A stretch of DNA of 64,000 nucleotides from Antedon mediterranea (taxonomy: Eukaryota > Animalia > Echinodermata). The DNA is taken from positions 2,014,201-2,078,200 of the forward strand of contig NC_092679.1 in the NCBI RefSeq assembly GCF_964355755.1, read 5' to 3'. Shown here piece after piece: positions 29,301-40,700 of the stretch. Under the pieces are notes generated by a model. That model saw nothing but the letters and a program-made list of their open reading frames with translations. It did not search any database and had not been told where the DNA came from. A program made the position numbers and the translations under genes. The first letter of the stretch is position 1, and the number at the start of each line of letters is the position of its first letter.

Positions 29301-32300
29301 GACAAGAGAAATTCATTGCTGTGTTTTATAGCAGTGACCTGATGTCCTGTAGTAAATAATTGTTGTTAGCATGCCAAACATTTAGGTTACGGTGATGGTT
29401 TTTACTTGTAGGTCCGAGGCGGTCCAGGAGCGCGTCTCCCAAGGCCCAGGCCGAGCAAGCGTCTCATAGAGGGGGAGGAAATGGAGGCTCACGCTGGATT
29501 GATCTCCCCCCTCGGAAGAGGTCCCAAGATGAAGGGGGTGTCGCATTGAAACTTTATAATGTTGATAAGGTGAAGACGTGGCAGGCAGATGGCATCAAGG
29601 TGAGAGGTCATTTCCTTTTTTTGTGTTACTTATTGCCAGATGTTATCACTTGTATCGAATATAAAGCAACAAAAATAATACAATGTAGTTTACTTATATA
29701 ATAAAGTTGATGTTTGGTCAAAGGTCAAACTTGTCAAAGGTCAAACATGGTACTAACTGTTTTAATTAATCTGTTATAATCCAGTGTATGTTTGAATGAA
29801 TCGATGTTTATGTTACTACATAACATTACTGCTTTTACTGCCAAAGCCACATAATGAGTCTACGACGTGTGGATTAGTTATCGCATGTAAGGTATCCTTG
29901 TTGCTGGATTTATATCATGTTATGAAGAGATTTTTCTGTTAGAAATACAAAGTCATAGCATATACATAAACATCCATTATTGAACTTCACCTACAGTATG
30001 AAGCAAAACAACTCTTACGTCAGCTTTTTCCATTTTAAAACTCTTAAAAACTAAGATTATCATGATACTGAAAGGAAAAAGGAATGTTGCTAAAGATAGA
30101 AATCAAGATGTTCTCAATATCCTGTATGTGATTAAGGATCTCGTTTACTGCTCAACAAAACAATAGTGAGAAAATCTAACAATTAGTCTTCGTAAGAACA
30201 AACTTAAATATTGTATGCCGATACTAACGGAAGGAAAGTCTTGATCCTCTGTGAACGTTTACCATTTTCAACGAGAGTGTTTCACGCTTTCTTTTTCATA
30301 AACGACAGGATGTCAATCAAAGAGATTGCGTACCTGTTGCTATGGAAATAAAATCTTGTATCTTAGTCCTTAAGGACAAGCTTACCAAACACTACTAGTA
30401 GTTATCCAATAATTTTCTTATTGATTTCTATACTTATTTTTATTTGTGTCAATCACACCTTGTTTATCGGTATAGATGGACTGTTTGAATAGGCAAAAAT
30501 GTAAATTTACCTATTGGTATAGAAAAGATATATCTACAGTTTCAGTTTGAATAGACAAAAAGGTAAATGTACCTATTGGTATAGAAAAGATATATCTACA
30601 GTATCAGTTTGAATAGACAAAATGTAAATGTCCTGATTGGTATAGAAAAGGTATAATCTACCACCTAGAAAAATGTAAAACCAAGTTAATTTTGAAAGTT
30701 TTTATTGAAAATGTGATTACTGAAAGAATTATCAAATGATTGAACACAAATAGAAAGTGTTTCTTGATTGAGGAAACTAAAGATTTGAGATTTCCTTCAG
30801 AAAGTGTATAGTTAATCTAATTGACGTTTCCTAGATAGCTAATATAAGTGATAATCAGGTGAAACAAAGCTACCGAGGGACGCACTCGCTTAAGGGGTCA
30901 ATCAAGGTCATTGTACAGTTAGCCTAGGCTGAACTTGTGATAAACGTCAATTATTAGAATTGGATATCTAAGCATCGTTGTTATAATTGCTTTGGGTGTC
31001 GCTGATGGTGTGATGATTGCACGCATGAATACTGTCAGATATGTAGCATTGAGGATTATAATCAATGTGATTTCAAATGTATTCACTTAGCGTGAAGGGT
31101 AATGCGAAAAATCCGCACTTTAAATGTCAAATGAGAAAGTATGCTTTGCAAATGCATGTTATATATTAATGACATTTCTTGTTCTTTTTATCCTGATTTT
31201 TATTCACAACTTTTATTGATATGTGTAATTAATATATGAGTATATACAGTATAGTGTGTAGTTAGTATAATTATATAGTGTGGGTTATACAGTTTGGGTT
31301 AATTTTGGTCGTTTAATACAATCAGAATATGTTATTTTGCATACTTACTACACTATTGTCCATTATAACTTTGATGACACTAGAGTAATATTATATAATC
31401 TTTGTTTTGCAGGAATCCCCAAAAATAAATCACCATTTAGAATCAGGCAAAGACCGCATCTTACAGTTAACAGAAAAGCAAGACCAGCTAAAACAACAGT
31501 TGATGTCCACTAAAGCATTGCTGAATGCTGACGCAAGCTGCTGGACATTTGACCGTAGGTAGACTGCAACAACCTCCCTCTCAATGTTAGTTTTCTTGTC
31601 TTTTGTCTTTTTTAATTACTTGTTTTTGTTTGTACAGTATTTAAAAAAACAAAACAAACATCTTACAAAACACACCATATAGTGTAATGTAAAATTAATT
31701 AATGTGATATAAATACATTTTTCTGTGCTCTGTTCTGGGTTGACCAACTAGAATAGGTGTTTAGCACCTGTTTGTTCTTTCTGTGCCTCCTTTTATAATT
31801 GTTTTGTCTTTTTTGTAATGTATATGGCAGAAATTGAATAAATAAATAAATAAAATTTACTTAACAACAAAATAAAAACATCTGAATAATAAATAAGAAT
31901 GAAACAGTTTAACAAGTTTAACCAAAAAAGTGTGATGTGCCCAAATATGGTAGTTACATGCCCAAACATGGTGGTAATATGACATTATGTCCATTATATG
32001 GACACATCACATTTTTTTACACATAAAATATGATAGTGTAGACAAACTTGATGAACAGCATGGCACAGATACAATATTAATTTAAAATGTTGTAAAAACA
32101 ACATACATATATTCCACACTGAGGAATTGAAAAGGTCGAACAATAGCTTTATATTACTTTTTATGTATGCATGTCTCTGAGCGATATTAGAAATCCTTAT
32201 CTAAAGAAATTATGTTTTACTTTTTTTTATGTCAATCTATATTGTAATATCATATATATACATGTCATAAATATTAATACTGTACACTATTTTCAATTGA

Positions 32301-32522
32301 AATTTTGATTTGATATAGACACAGACTTTTTCATGTACTTTTATATAATTAATTGTTTTTCTTTTTTTATTTGCCAATACAGTACATGTATTAGATGAGA
32401 TGGATCCTTTTGATGAATTGTTCATAGATGCTTTGGAACAAGAAACGCAACTTTTAGAAGAGAGAGTAAAAGCGTGCAAGGCCCATGTGATGGTTATTAC
32501 CAGTTTTGACATATTCCACTGA
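8104..32522 (+). CDS. KIF26: Kinesin-11 family protein KIF26A/B-like (multi-exon gene; true 5' end uncertain)
   Basis: Exons 8104-8302, 17468-17671, 17786-17879, 19320-19517, 22624-22791, 23262-23505, 24372-24534, 25070-28652, 29412-29599, 31413-31554, 32383-32522, all GT-AG with consistent phases. KIF26 hallmarks: [28 protein letters not shown], divergent P-loop [82 protein letters not shown] and C-terminal [13 protein letters not shown]. Confidence 0.95.
11019..11238 (+). mobile_element. MITE family 1 copy (TIR AGCTCTGTCTACACTATCAAACT), left end duplicated
   Basis: Matches nine other copies in the window; terminal inverted repeats; no ORF. Confidence 0.85.
17468..17671 (+). CDS. KIF26: KIF26-like motor exon (VKVMLRV...[16 protein letters not shown])
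   Basis: tttcag acceptor, CAG|gtagtt donor; start of kinesin motor domain. Confidence 0.95.
17786..17879 (+). CDS. KIF26: KIF26-like motor exon (AEVC...[17 protein letters not shown])
   Basis: tttag acceptor, G|gtaagt donor; first half of P-loop. Confidence 0.95.
18637..18735. repeat. 41-bp tandem repeat x2.4
   Basis: caaatatgtcgttggcc.gttaattgtt at 18637 and 18678, partial at 18719. Confidence 0.7.
19320..19517 (+). CDS. KIF26: KIF26-like motor exon (GKSFTMIG...[12 protein letters not shown]...RVSAVEV...DLL)
   Basis: ccacag acceptor, G|gtaaat donor. Confidence 0.95.
19611..20471. repeat. 21-bp minisatellite (ATGGCCAAATATRGTAGTGAT) x41 in KIF26 intron
   Basis: Directly visible tandem array; runs into the right arm of the MITE family (20472-20548). 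Confidence 0.97.
20472..20548 (+). mobile_element. MITE family 1 right arm attached to the 21-bp minisatellite
   Basis: ...catcatgtccatatatgtgcacatcacattttttgtcacataaagtttcatagtgtagacagagcttaa. Confidence 0.85.
21569..21672. repeat. Degenerate inverted-repeat fragment (CCTATTAAGGGGA...TCCCCTTAATAGG), likely MITE remnant
   Basis: Two direct and one inverted copy of a 13-mer; related-looking remnant at 14953-15030. Confidence 0.5.
22624..22791 (+). CDS. KIF26: KIF26-like motor exon ([41 protein letters not shown])
   Basis: Translated by hand (absent from ORF track); aaacag acceptor, G|gtacat donor; matches KIF26 motor. Confidence 0.93.
23262..23505 (+). CDS. KIF26: KIF26-like motor exon (switch I/II: RNSHMLF...[10 protein letters not shown]...HIPHR)
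   Basis: cttag acceptor, AG|gtaagt donor. Confidence 0.95.
23620..23960. repeat. 174-bp intronic tandem duplication (near-identical)
   Basis: atagaaagtgaaacacaatcaatatgtag...tatactgtagata at 23621 and 23795. Confidence 0.9.
24372..24534 (+). CDS. KIF26: KIF26-like motor exon ([13 protein letters not shown]...TMIAHVS...ETLSTIQ)
   Basis: cgcag acceptor, AAA|gtaagt donor. Confidence 0.95.
25070..28652 (+). CDS. KIF26: KIF26-like giant exon (3583 bp; Ser/Thr/Lys-rich low-complexity tail)
   Basis: ttttgcag acceptor, G|gtaaac donor; lies within the 1217-aa ORF; conserved KIF26 motifs at both ends. Confidence 0.93.
29412..29599 (+). CDS. KIF26: KIF26-like exon ([10 protein letters not shown]...RWIDLPP...[18 protein letters not shown])
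   Basis: GC-rich open segment, ttgtag acceptor, AAG|gtgaga donor, phase-consistent; resembles KIF26 RWVD...IKVYEID region. Confidence 0.85.
30468..30655. repeat. ~62-bp tandem repeat x3
   Basis: gtttgaatagRcaaaa..gtaaat.tacctattggtatagaaaag repeated. Confidence 0.85.
31413..31554 (+). CDS. KIF26: KIF26-like exon ([34 protein letters not shown]...WTFD), coiled coil
   Basis: ttttgcag acceptor, C|gtaggt donor, phase-consistent. Confidence 0.85.
31914..32049 (+). mobile_element. MITE family 1 copy (degenerate, left TIR eroded)
   Basis: gtgtgatgtgcccaaatatggtag...gatagtgtagaca. Confidence 0.75.
32383..32522 (+). CDS. KIF26: KIF26-like terminal coding exon (...[30 protein letters not shown])
   Basis: atacag acceptor after a T-rich tract; TGA at 32520-32522; matches the KIF26 C-terminal motif CKAHLMMITCFD. 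Confidence 0.92.
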
Positions 32523-33864
32523 TGATACCAATATTTCTACTACCACTCTCACAATATTAGTTATTTGGAAAAAAAATATCTTGGAAATCGTCCAAGAATG
32601 AATATGTTCACAAAATTCTTCCTTCAATGTTATCAAGATATGAACACATTTGTTCATCATTAGAAAAATTGTACAAGTGAAAATAGTAGGATATGAACAA
32701 TGTTTAAATAAATTGATGAACTGGTGTCTCGGGAAACTGGGAAGATTTTTATAAGAGAGACCGAGTGAGAGACCCCAGATTACATACAATAACATGTTCA
32801 AAATTGGCTTTTCTTGATATTTTAGATAAATTCATTTTAAATAGGAGGTTTCCACTAGTGATGTTTCACATAATTTAAAGAGATGTAGAATATTTCTAGA
32901 CAACATTTCAAAACATCACAGGAAGATGTCTGTTATGTTATCATTGTTTGCTTATTGCGGCAATGATCAGTGTATAATAAACAAAGATACATGTTCCCTT
33001 TTATTGGAAACCATGACGTTCCACACAACCTTGCTATTAGAGTTCATAGTGTAACTAATTAAATTATGTATAATAAGAGAATATTATAACAAGGAGATCC
33101 TAATAGATACAGTATACAGTAGGTTTACCGAATGATTATATGATTGTTTAATATTATTCCTAACAGTAATTATCTCAATAATTTATTTGCTTAAACTAGA
33201 CATTTTAAATGAAATTTATTAAAGTAGTTTATTGAATTTAAATAGCTAAAATATGCATATAATAATATTGCCAATATAGAATACATAATATTCTAAGAGA
33301 TCATACTTGTGATCATTTTGCATTGAGCCCTTGTATTTGAACTATGTCTGTTTGTCTGTCTGTCCATCAAACATCTTTGTTACATTTTTTATACTGAATT
33401 CCATGAAAAAAAAAACAAATTTAGCTAATAATAATTCTTCCATATGCTTTTAAGAAGAATGTTTCTTAATTATAATTTTAAGTAATAATTCTTTCTCGTT
33501 ACGAAAATAATTATGTAGGAGTGTAGTCTATGTAAACTTTGTTAAATTTTGTATATAGAGAAATTAATTGTAGAAAAACAACATATTTAAAACCATACTT
33601 GTACAAAGAAGGATTGTAATGATGAGTTATCGAGTTAATTTTCTACATGAAAAGAATCTTACAAATTAAGTAAACCAAATCAATTAAAAATACTGATTAC
33701 TGTCTCCCAGCCATGTTTTTTAAACAATTTTATTACATTATTTGAAAGAAAAATATAATTTAAAACTACAAATTTGGGCAAATTTGTACATATAACATTT
33801 GTAGATTATTAAATGTGCAATACCATAGCTGATGTATATTACTCTTATTGGTACTTATTGATAC

Positions 33865-34062
33865 ACATTGATTATTATTGATTAGCATTTATTAGCATTG
33901 ATTATTATCGATCAACATTGATTATTATTGATAAACATTGGTTAGTATTGATCAACATTGATATTGATTATTATTGATCAACATTGATTAGTATTGATCA
34001 ACATTGATTAGTATTGATCAACATTGATTGTTATTGATTAACATTGATTATTATTGATCAAC
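33865..34062. repeat. 20-bp minisatellite (ACATTGATTAKTATTGATCA) ~9-10 degenerate copies downstream of the KIF26 stop
   Basis: Directly visible. Confidence 0.85.
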
Positions 34063-34749
34063 TAATAATGCCTTTTTTGGTAACCTGATCCACCGAGAAT
34101 GTTTAGTAAATTGCTAACTTCGGCCTAATTTTTTACTCAGATACATTTGTGTTATGAGAATGTTAGTAAATCATTGCACAGCGTAGACACTTTGTTTTCT
34201 CCACAAACAAATTTAAAACTACATCTTTTTAGTTTCTACCAGATTCAATATATTTTCCAGGTTTTTTTTTTTAGTTGTACAGATAATTTAATTTCATTTT
34301 TGTTATTTTTATTGGTAGTTGTAAATAAATTGTTTTAGACTGGCGTTCTAGAAAGAAAATAAACTAGACGCTCACATTGGTGACTGGGACTTGACCAATG
34401 TTATTTCAAAAATAATAATATTTATGACTATTAATTAATTATTATAATTTCATGTTTAAAATTATTATTTATTACTTTTATTGTTGTAATTATTATATTA
34501 TTAATATTATTATTTTTATTATTATGAAATGTTTAGAATCTAGACATGTGTACAGATAATTTTAGATCTTTAAAAAAATATTTATACCAGTTATTGTATT
34601 TTGTTCATAAAAAGAAAATGGGATTTCTTTTTTAAAACACATAAAATAAACAGATAATAATTGATACACTTTGCCATTCAAACATTTATTATATTGTCGG
34701 GTTTTTTCAATTATATTTAATAATATTATGAATTATATTATGCAACCCG

Positions 34750-37700
34750 ATAATTTGGCCATTTTTTTGAAAAAATAGCTCTTTTATTTTTGACATAACT
34801 ATAAGATGATGATAGAGTAAGTTTATCGCATAATTGAATTTTAAAACCAGATATAAATCCCTATACAGGGATTTTTTCAAAAATGGCCAATTTTCACCCT
34901 TTTATTTTTCAACATAACTGGTGTCTATGGCACTATAAGATATTGGTAAAGCAATATATGATCATATGGAGCAATTTTCTAAAAAAATCCCTTTACTATA
35001 GGCCTACAGAGTTTTTAAAAAAAATTGTCGACCCTTTTATTTTTCGAGATAACTGGTGTCTATAGTACTATAAGATATTGGTAAAGCAATATATGATCAT
35101 ATGGAGCAATTTTATCGTATAATAATTGAATTTTAAAAACCTTATATTTTGGGAATTTTTCGAAAAAATCTCTGTACTATAGTACAGGGATTTTTTCAAA
35201 AAATGGCCAATTTTCGACCTTTTTATTTTTCGATAAAACTGGTTACTATAGCACAATTGAAAGAACCCATTATTCGCCTCTGCGCATGTTTATTATGCTA
35301 TAGTAACCATATATGTCAAAACTGGTTACCATAGCACAATTGACATTAGCAGGCGACTTATGGCTGTTGGCCTTGTTAGAAAAAATCCTTGTACTATAGT
35401 ACAGGGATTTTTTCCAAAAATGGCCAAAATATCAAGCTTTTAAAATTCAATTATTATGCTATAAAACTGCTCTATATAATCATATATTGCTTTATCATCA
35501 CCTTATAGTACAATAGAAACTAGTTTTATCGAAAAATAAAAGGGTCGAAAAATGGTCATTTTTGGAAAAAATCCTTGTACTATGACTTAGGCAGAAACAC
35601 AAAAAATATAGTATATTGATATAAGCAGTGAGTTAGACAGAAAAACAAAACAAAAATTATCACTTAGACACTTTTGTTATGAGGCTGTCAATATCATCTA
35701 TATACAAAAAATGCTACCTTTAAGTAACAAAATTTAATAGCATCAGCTCTTCAGATTAAAATTAACACTGATGATTTTAGAAAAGGAAAGTAGCAATAAA
35801 AGAGAAAGAATTTGTAACAAATGGGTTAAAAAATATACTATAAAATGAATTTCTTATTTTATTTAAAAAATCATGAATCTCCTCTCTCCTTAATTGCCTA
35901 AGTCACACAGCTGACTTAGGCAGAAACACAAAAAACGATCTGAGCATGTGCAAATGTATATAAAAGCACTCAGATAATGTACAGAGGGCAGTATAATGAT
36001 ATAAGAGTGAGTTAGGCAGATCATAAGTCAGCTCTCCTTAATTGCCTAAGTCACACAGCTGACTTAGGCAGAAAACACGAAAAATATAGTATTTGATATA
36101 AGCAGTGAGTTAGGCAGATAATAAGTCGGCTCTCCTTAATTGCCTAAGTCACACAGCTGACTTAGGCAGAAACACAAAAAATATAGTATATTGATATAAG
36201 CAGTGAGTTAGGCAGATTATGAATCAGCTCTCCTTAATTGCCTAAGTCACACAGATAGTACAGGGATTTTTTCGAAAAATGGCCAAAATATCAAGTTTTT
36301 AAAATTCAATTATTATGTTATAAAATTGCTCTATATGATCATATATTGCTTTATCATCACCTTATAGTACCATAGACAAGGGTCGAAAAATGGCCATTTT
36401 TAGAAAAAATCCTTTTACTATGACTTTAGGCAGAAACACAAAAAATATAGTATATTGATATAAGCAGTGAGTTAGGCAGAAAAACAAAACAAAAATTATG
36501 ACTTATACACTTTGTTATGAGGCTGTTGATATCATCTATATACAAAAAAAATGCTACCTTTAAGTAACAAAATTTAATAGCATCAACTCTTCAGATTAAA
36601 ATTAACACTGATGATTTTAGAAAAAGAAAGTAGCAATAAAAGAGAAAGAATTTGTAACAAATGGGTTAAAAAATATACTATAAAAATGTATTTCTTATTT
36701 TATTTAAAAAATCATGAGTCTCCTCTCCTTAATTGCCTAAGTCACACAGCTGACTTAGGCAGAAACACAAAAAACGATCTGAGCATGTGCAAATGTATAT
36801 AAAAGCACTCAGATAATGTACAGAGGGCAGTATAATAATGATATAAGCAGTGAGTTAGGCAGATCATAAGTCAGCTCTCCTTAATTGCCTAAGTCACACA
36901 GCTGACTTAGGCAGAAACACGAAAAATATAGTATATTGATATAAGCAGTGAGTTAAGCAGATCACAAGTCAGCTCTCCTTAATTGCCTAAGTCACACAGC
37001 TGACTTAGGCAGAAACACAAAAAATATAGTATATTGATATAAGCAGTGAGTTAGGCAGATCATAAATCAGCTCTCCTTAATTGCCTAAGTCACACAGATA
37101 GTACAGGGATTTTTTCCAAAAATGGCCAAAATATCAAGTTTTTAAAATTCAATTATTATGTTATAAAATTGCTCTATATGATCATATATTGCTTTACACC
37201 TTATAGTACCATAGACACCAGTTTTATCGAAAAATAAAAGGGTCGAAAAATGGCCATTTTTAGAAAAAATCCTTTTACTATGACTTTAGGCAGAAACACA
37301 AAAAATATAGTATATTGATATAAGCAGTGAGTTAGGCAGAAAAACAAAACAAAAATTATGACTTATACACTTTTGTTATGAGGCTGTTGATATCATCTAT
37401 ATACAAAAAAAATGCTACCTTTAAGTAACAAAATTTAATAGCATCAACTCTTCAGATTAAAATTAACACTGATGATTTTAGAAAAAGAAAGTAGCAATAA
37501 AAGAGAAGGAATTTGTAACAAATGGGTTAAAAAATATACTATAAAAATGTATTTCTTATTTTATTTAAAAAATCATGAGTCTCCTCTTTTTAATTGCCTA
37601 AGTCACACAGCTGACTTAGGCAAAAACACAAAAAAACGATCTGAGCATGTACAAATGTATATAAAAGCACTCAGATAATGTACAGAGGGCAGTATAATGA

Positions 37701-40700
37701 TATAAGCAGTGAGTTAGGCAGATCATAAGTCAGCTCTCCTTAATTGCTTAAGTCACACAGCTGACTTAGGCAGAAAACACGAAAAATATAGTATTTGATA
37801 TAAGCAGTGAGTTAGGCAGATCATAAGTCAGCTCTCCTTAATTGCCTAAGTCATACAGCTGACTTAGGCAGAAACACAAAAAATATAGTATATTGATATA
37901 AGCAGTGAGTTAGGCAGATCATAAGTCAGCTCTCCTTAATTGCTTAAGTCACACAGATAGTACAGGGATTTTTTCAAAAAATGGCCAAAATATCAAGTTT
38001 TTAAAATTCAATTATTATGCTATAAAATTGCTCTATATGATCATATATTGCTTTATCATCACCTTATAGTACCATAGACACCAGTTTTATCGAAAAATAA
38101 AAGGGTCGAAAAATGACTATTTTTGGAAAAAACCCTTGTACTATGACTTAGGCAGAAACACAAAAAATATAGTATATTGATATAAGCAGTGAGTTAGGCA
38201 GAAAAACAAAAACAAAATTATGACTTAGACACTTTTGTTATGAGGCTGTCGATATCATCTATATACAAAAAATGCTACCTTTAAGTAACAAAATTTAATA
38301 GCATCAGCTCTTCGGATTAAAATTAACACTGATGATTTTAGAAAAGGAAAGTAGCAATAAAAGAGAAAGAATTTGTAACAAATGGGTTAACAAATATACT
38401 ATAAAAATGTATTTCTTATTTTATTTAAAAAATCATGAGTCTCCTCTTCTTAATTGCCTAAGTCACACAGCTGACTTAGGCAGAAACACAAAAAACGATC
38501 TGAGCATGTGCAAATGTATATAAAAGCACTCAGATAATGTACAGAGGGCAGTATAATGATATAAGCAGTGAGTTAGGCAGATCATAAGTCAGCTCTCCTT
38601 AATTGCCTAAGTCACACAGCTGACTTAGGCAGAAAACACGAAAAATATAGTATTTGATATACGCAGTGAGTTAGGCAGATCATAAGTCAGCTCTCCTTAA
38701 TTGCCTAAGTCACACAGCTGACTTAGGCAGAAACACAACAAATATATAATAGTATATTGATATAAGCAGTGAGTTCGGCAGATCATAAGTCAGCTCTCCT
38801 TAATTGCCTAAGTCACACAGATAGTACAGGGATTTTTTCCAAAAATAGCCAAAATATCAAGTTTTTAAAATTCAATTATTATGCTATAAAATTGCTCTAT
38901 ATGATCATATATTGCTTTATCATCACCTTGTAGTACTATAGACACCAGTTTTATCGAAAAATAAAAGGGTCGAAAAATGGCCAAAATATCAAGTTTTTTT
39001 AAATTCAATCATTATGATATAAAATTTCTCTATATGATCATATATTGCTTTATCATCACCTTAAAGTACCATAAACACCGGTTTTATCGAAAAATAAAAG
39101 GGTCGCAAAAATTGCCATTTTTGGAAAAAATCCTTGTACTATGACTTAGGCAGAAACACAAACAATATAGTATATTGATATAAGCAGTGAGTTAGGCAGA
39201 AAAACAAAAACAAAATTATGACTTTGACACTTTTGTTATGAGGCTGTCGATATCATTTATATACAAAAAATGCTACCTTTAAGTAACAAAATTTAATAGC
39301 ATCAGCTCTTCGGATTAAAATTAACACTGATGATTTTAGAAAAGGAAAGTAGCAATAAAAGAGAAAGAATTTGTAACAAATGGGTTAAAAAATATACTAT
39401 AAAAATGTATTTCTTATTTTATTTAAAAAATCATGAGTCTCCTCTCCTTAATTGCCTAAGTCACACAGCTGACTTAGGCAGAAACACAAAAAACGATCTG
39501 AGCATGTGCAAATGTATATAAAAGCACTCAGATAATGTACAGAGGGCAGTATAATGATATAAGCAGTGAGTTAGGCAGATTATAAGTCAGCTCTCCTTAA
39601 TTGCCTAAGTCACACAGCTGACTTAGGAAGAAACACGAAAAATATAGTATATTGATATAAGCAGTGAGTTAGGCAGATCATAAGTCAGCTCTCCTTAATT
39701 GCCTAAGTCACACAGCTGACTTAGGCAGAAAACACTAAAAATATAGTATTTGATATAAGCAGTGAATTAGGCAGATAATAAGTCAGCTCTCCTTAATTGC
39801 CTAAGTCACACAGCTGACTTAGGCAGAAACACAAAAAATATAGTATATTGATATAAGCAGTGAGTTAGGCAGATCATAAATCAGCTCTCCTTAATTGCCT
39901 AAGTCACACAGATAGTACAGGGATTTTTTCCAAAAATGGCCAAAAAATCAAGTTTTTAAAATTCAATTATTATGTTATAAAATTGCTCTATATGATCATA
40001 TATTGCTTTATCATCACCTTATAGTACCATAGACACCAGTTTTGTCGAAAAATAAAAGGGTCGAAAAATGGCCATTTTTAGAAAAAATCCTTTTACTATG
40101 ACTTTAGGCAGAAACACAAAAAATATAGTATATTGATATAAGCAGTGAGTTAGGCAGAAAAACAAAACAAAAATTATGACTTATACACTTTTGTTATGAG
40201 GCTGTTGATATCATCTATATACAAAAAAAATGCTACCTTTAAGTAACAAAATTTAATAACATCAACTCTTCAGATTAAAATTAACACTGATGATTTTAGA
40301 AAAAGAAAGTAGCAATAAAAGAGAAAGAATTTGTAACAAATGGGTTAAAAAATATACTATAAAAATGTATTTTCTTATTTTATTTAAAAAATAATGAGTC
40401 TCCTCTCCTTAATTGCCTAAGTCACACAGCTGACTTAGGCAGAAACACAAAAAACGATCTGAGCATGTGCAAATGTATATAAAAGCACTCAGATAATGTA
40501 CAGAGGGCAGTATAATGATATAAGCAGTGAGTTAGGCAGATCATAAGTCAGCTCTCGTTAATTGCCTAAGTCACACAGCTGACTTAGGCAGAAAACACGA
40601 AAAATATAGTATTTGATATAAGCAGTGAGTTAGGCAGATCATAAGTCAGCTCTCCTTAATTGCCTAAGTCACACAGCTGACTTAGGCAGAAACACAAAAA

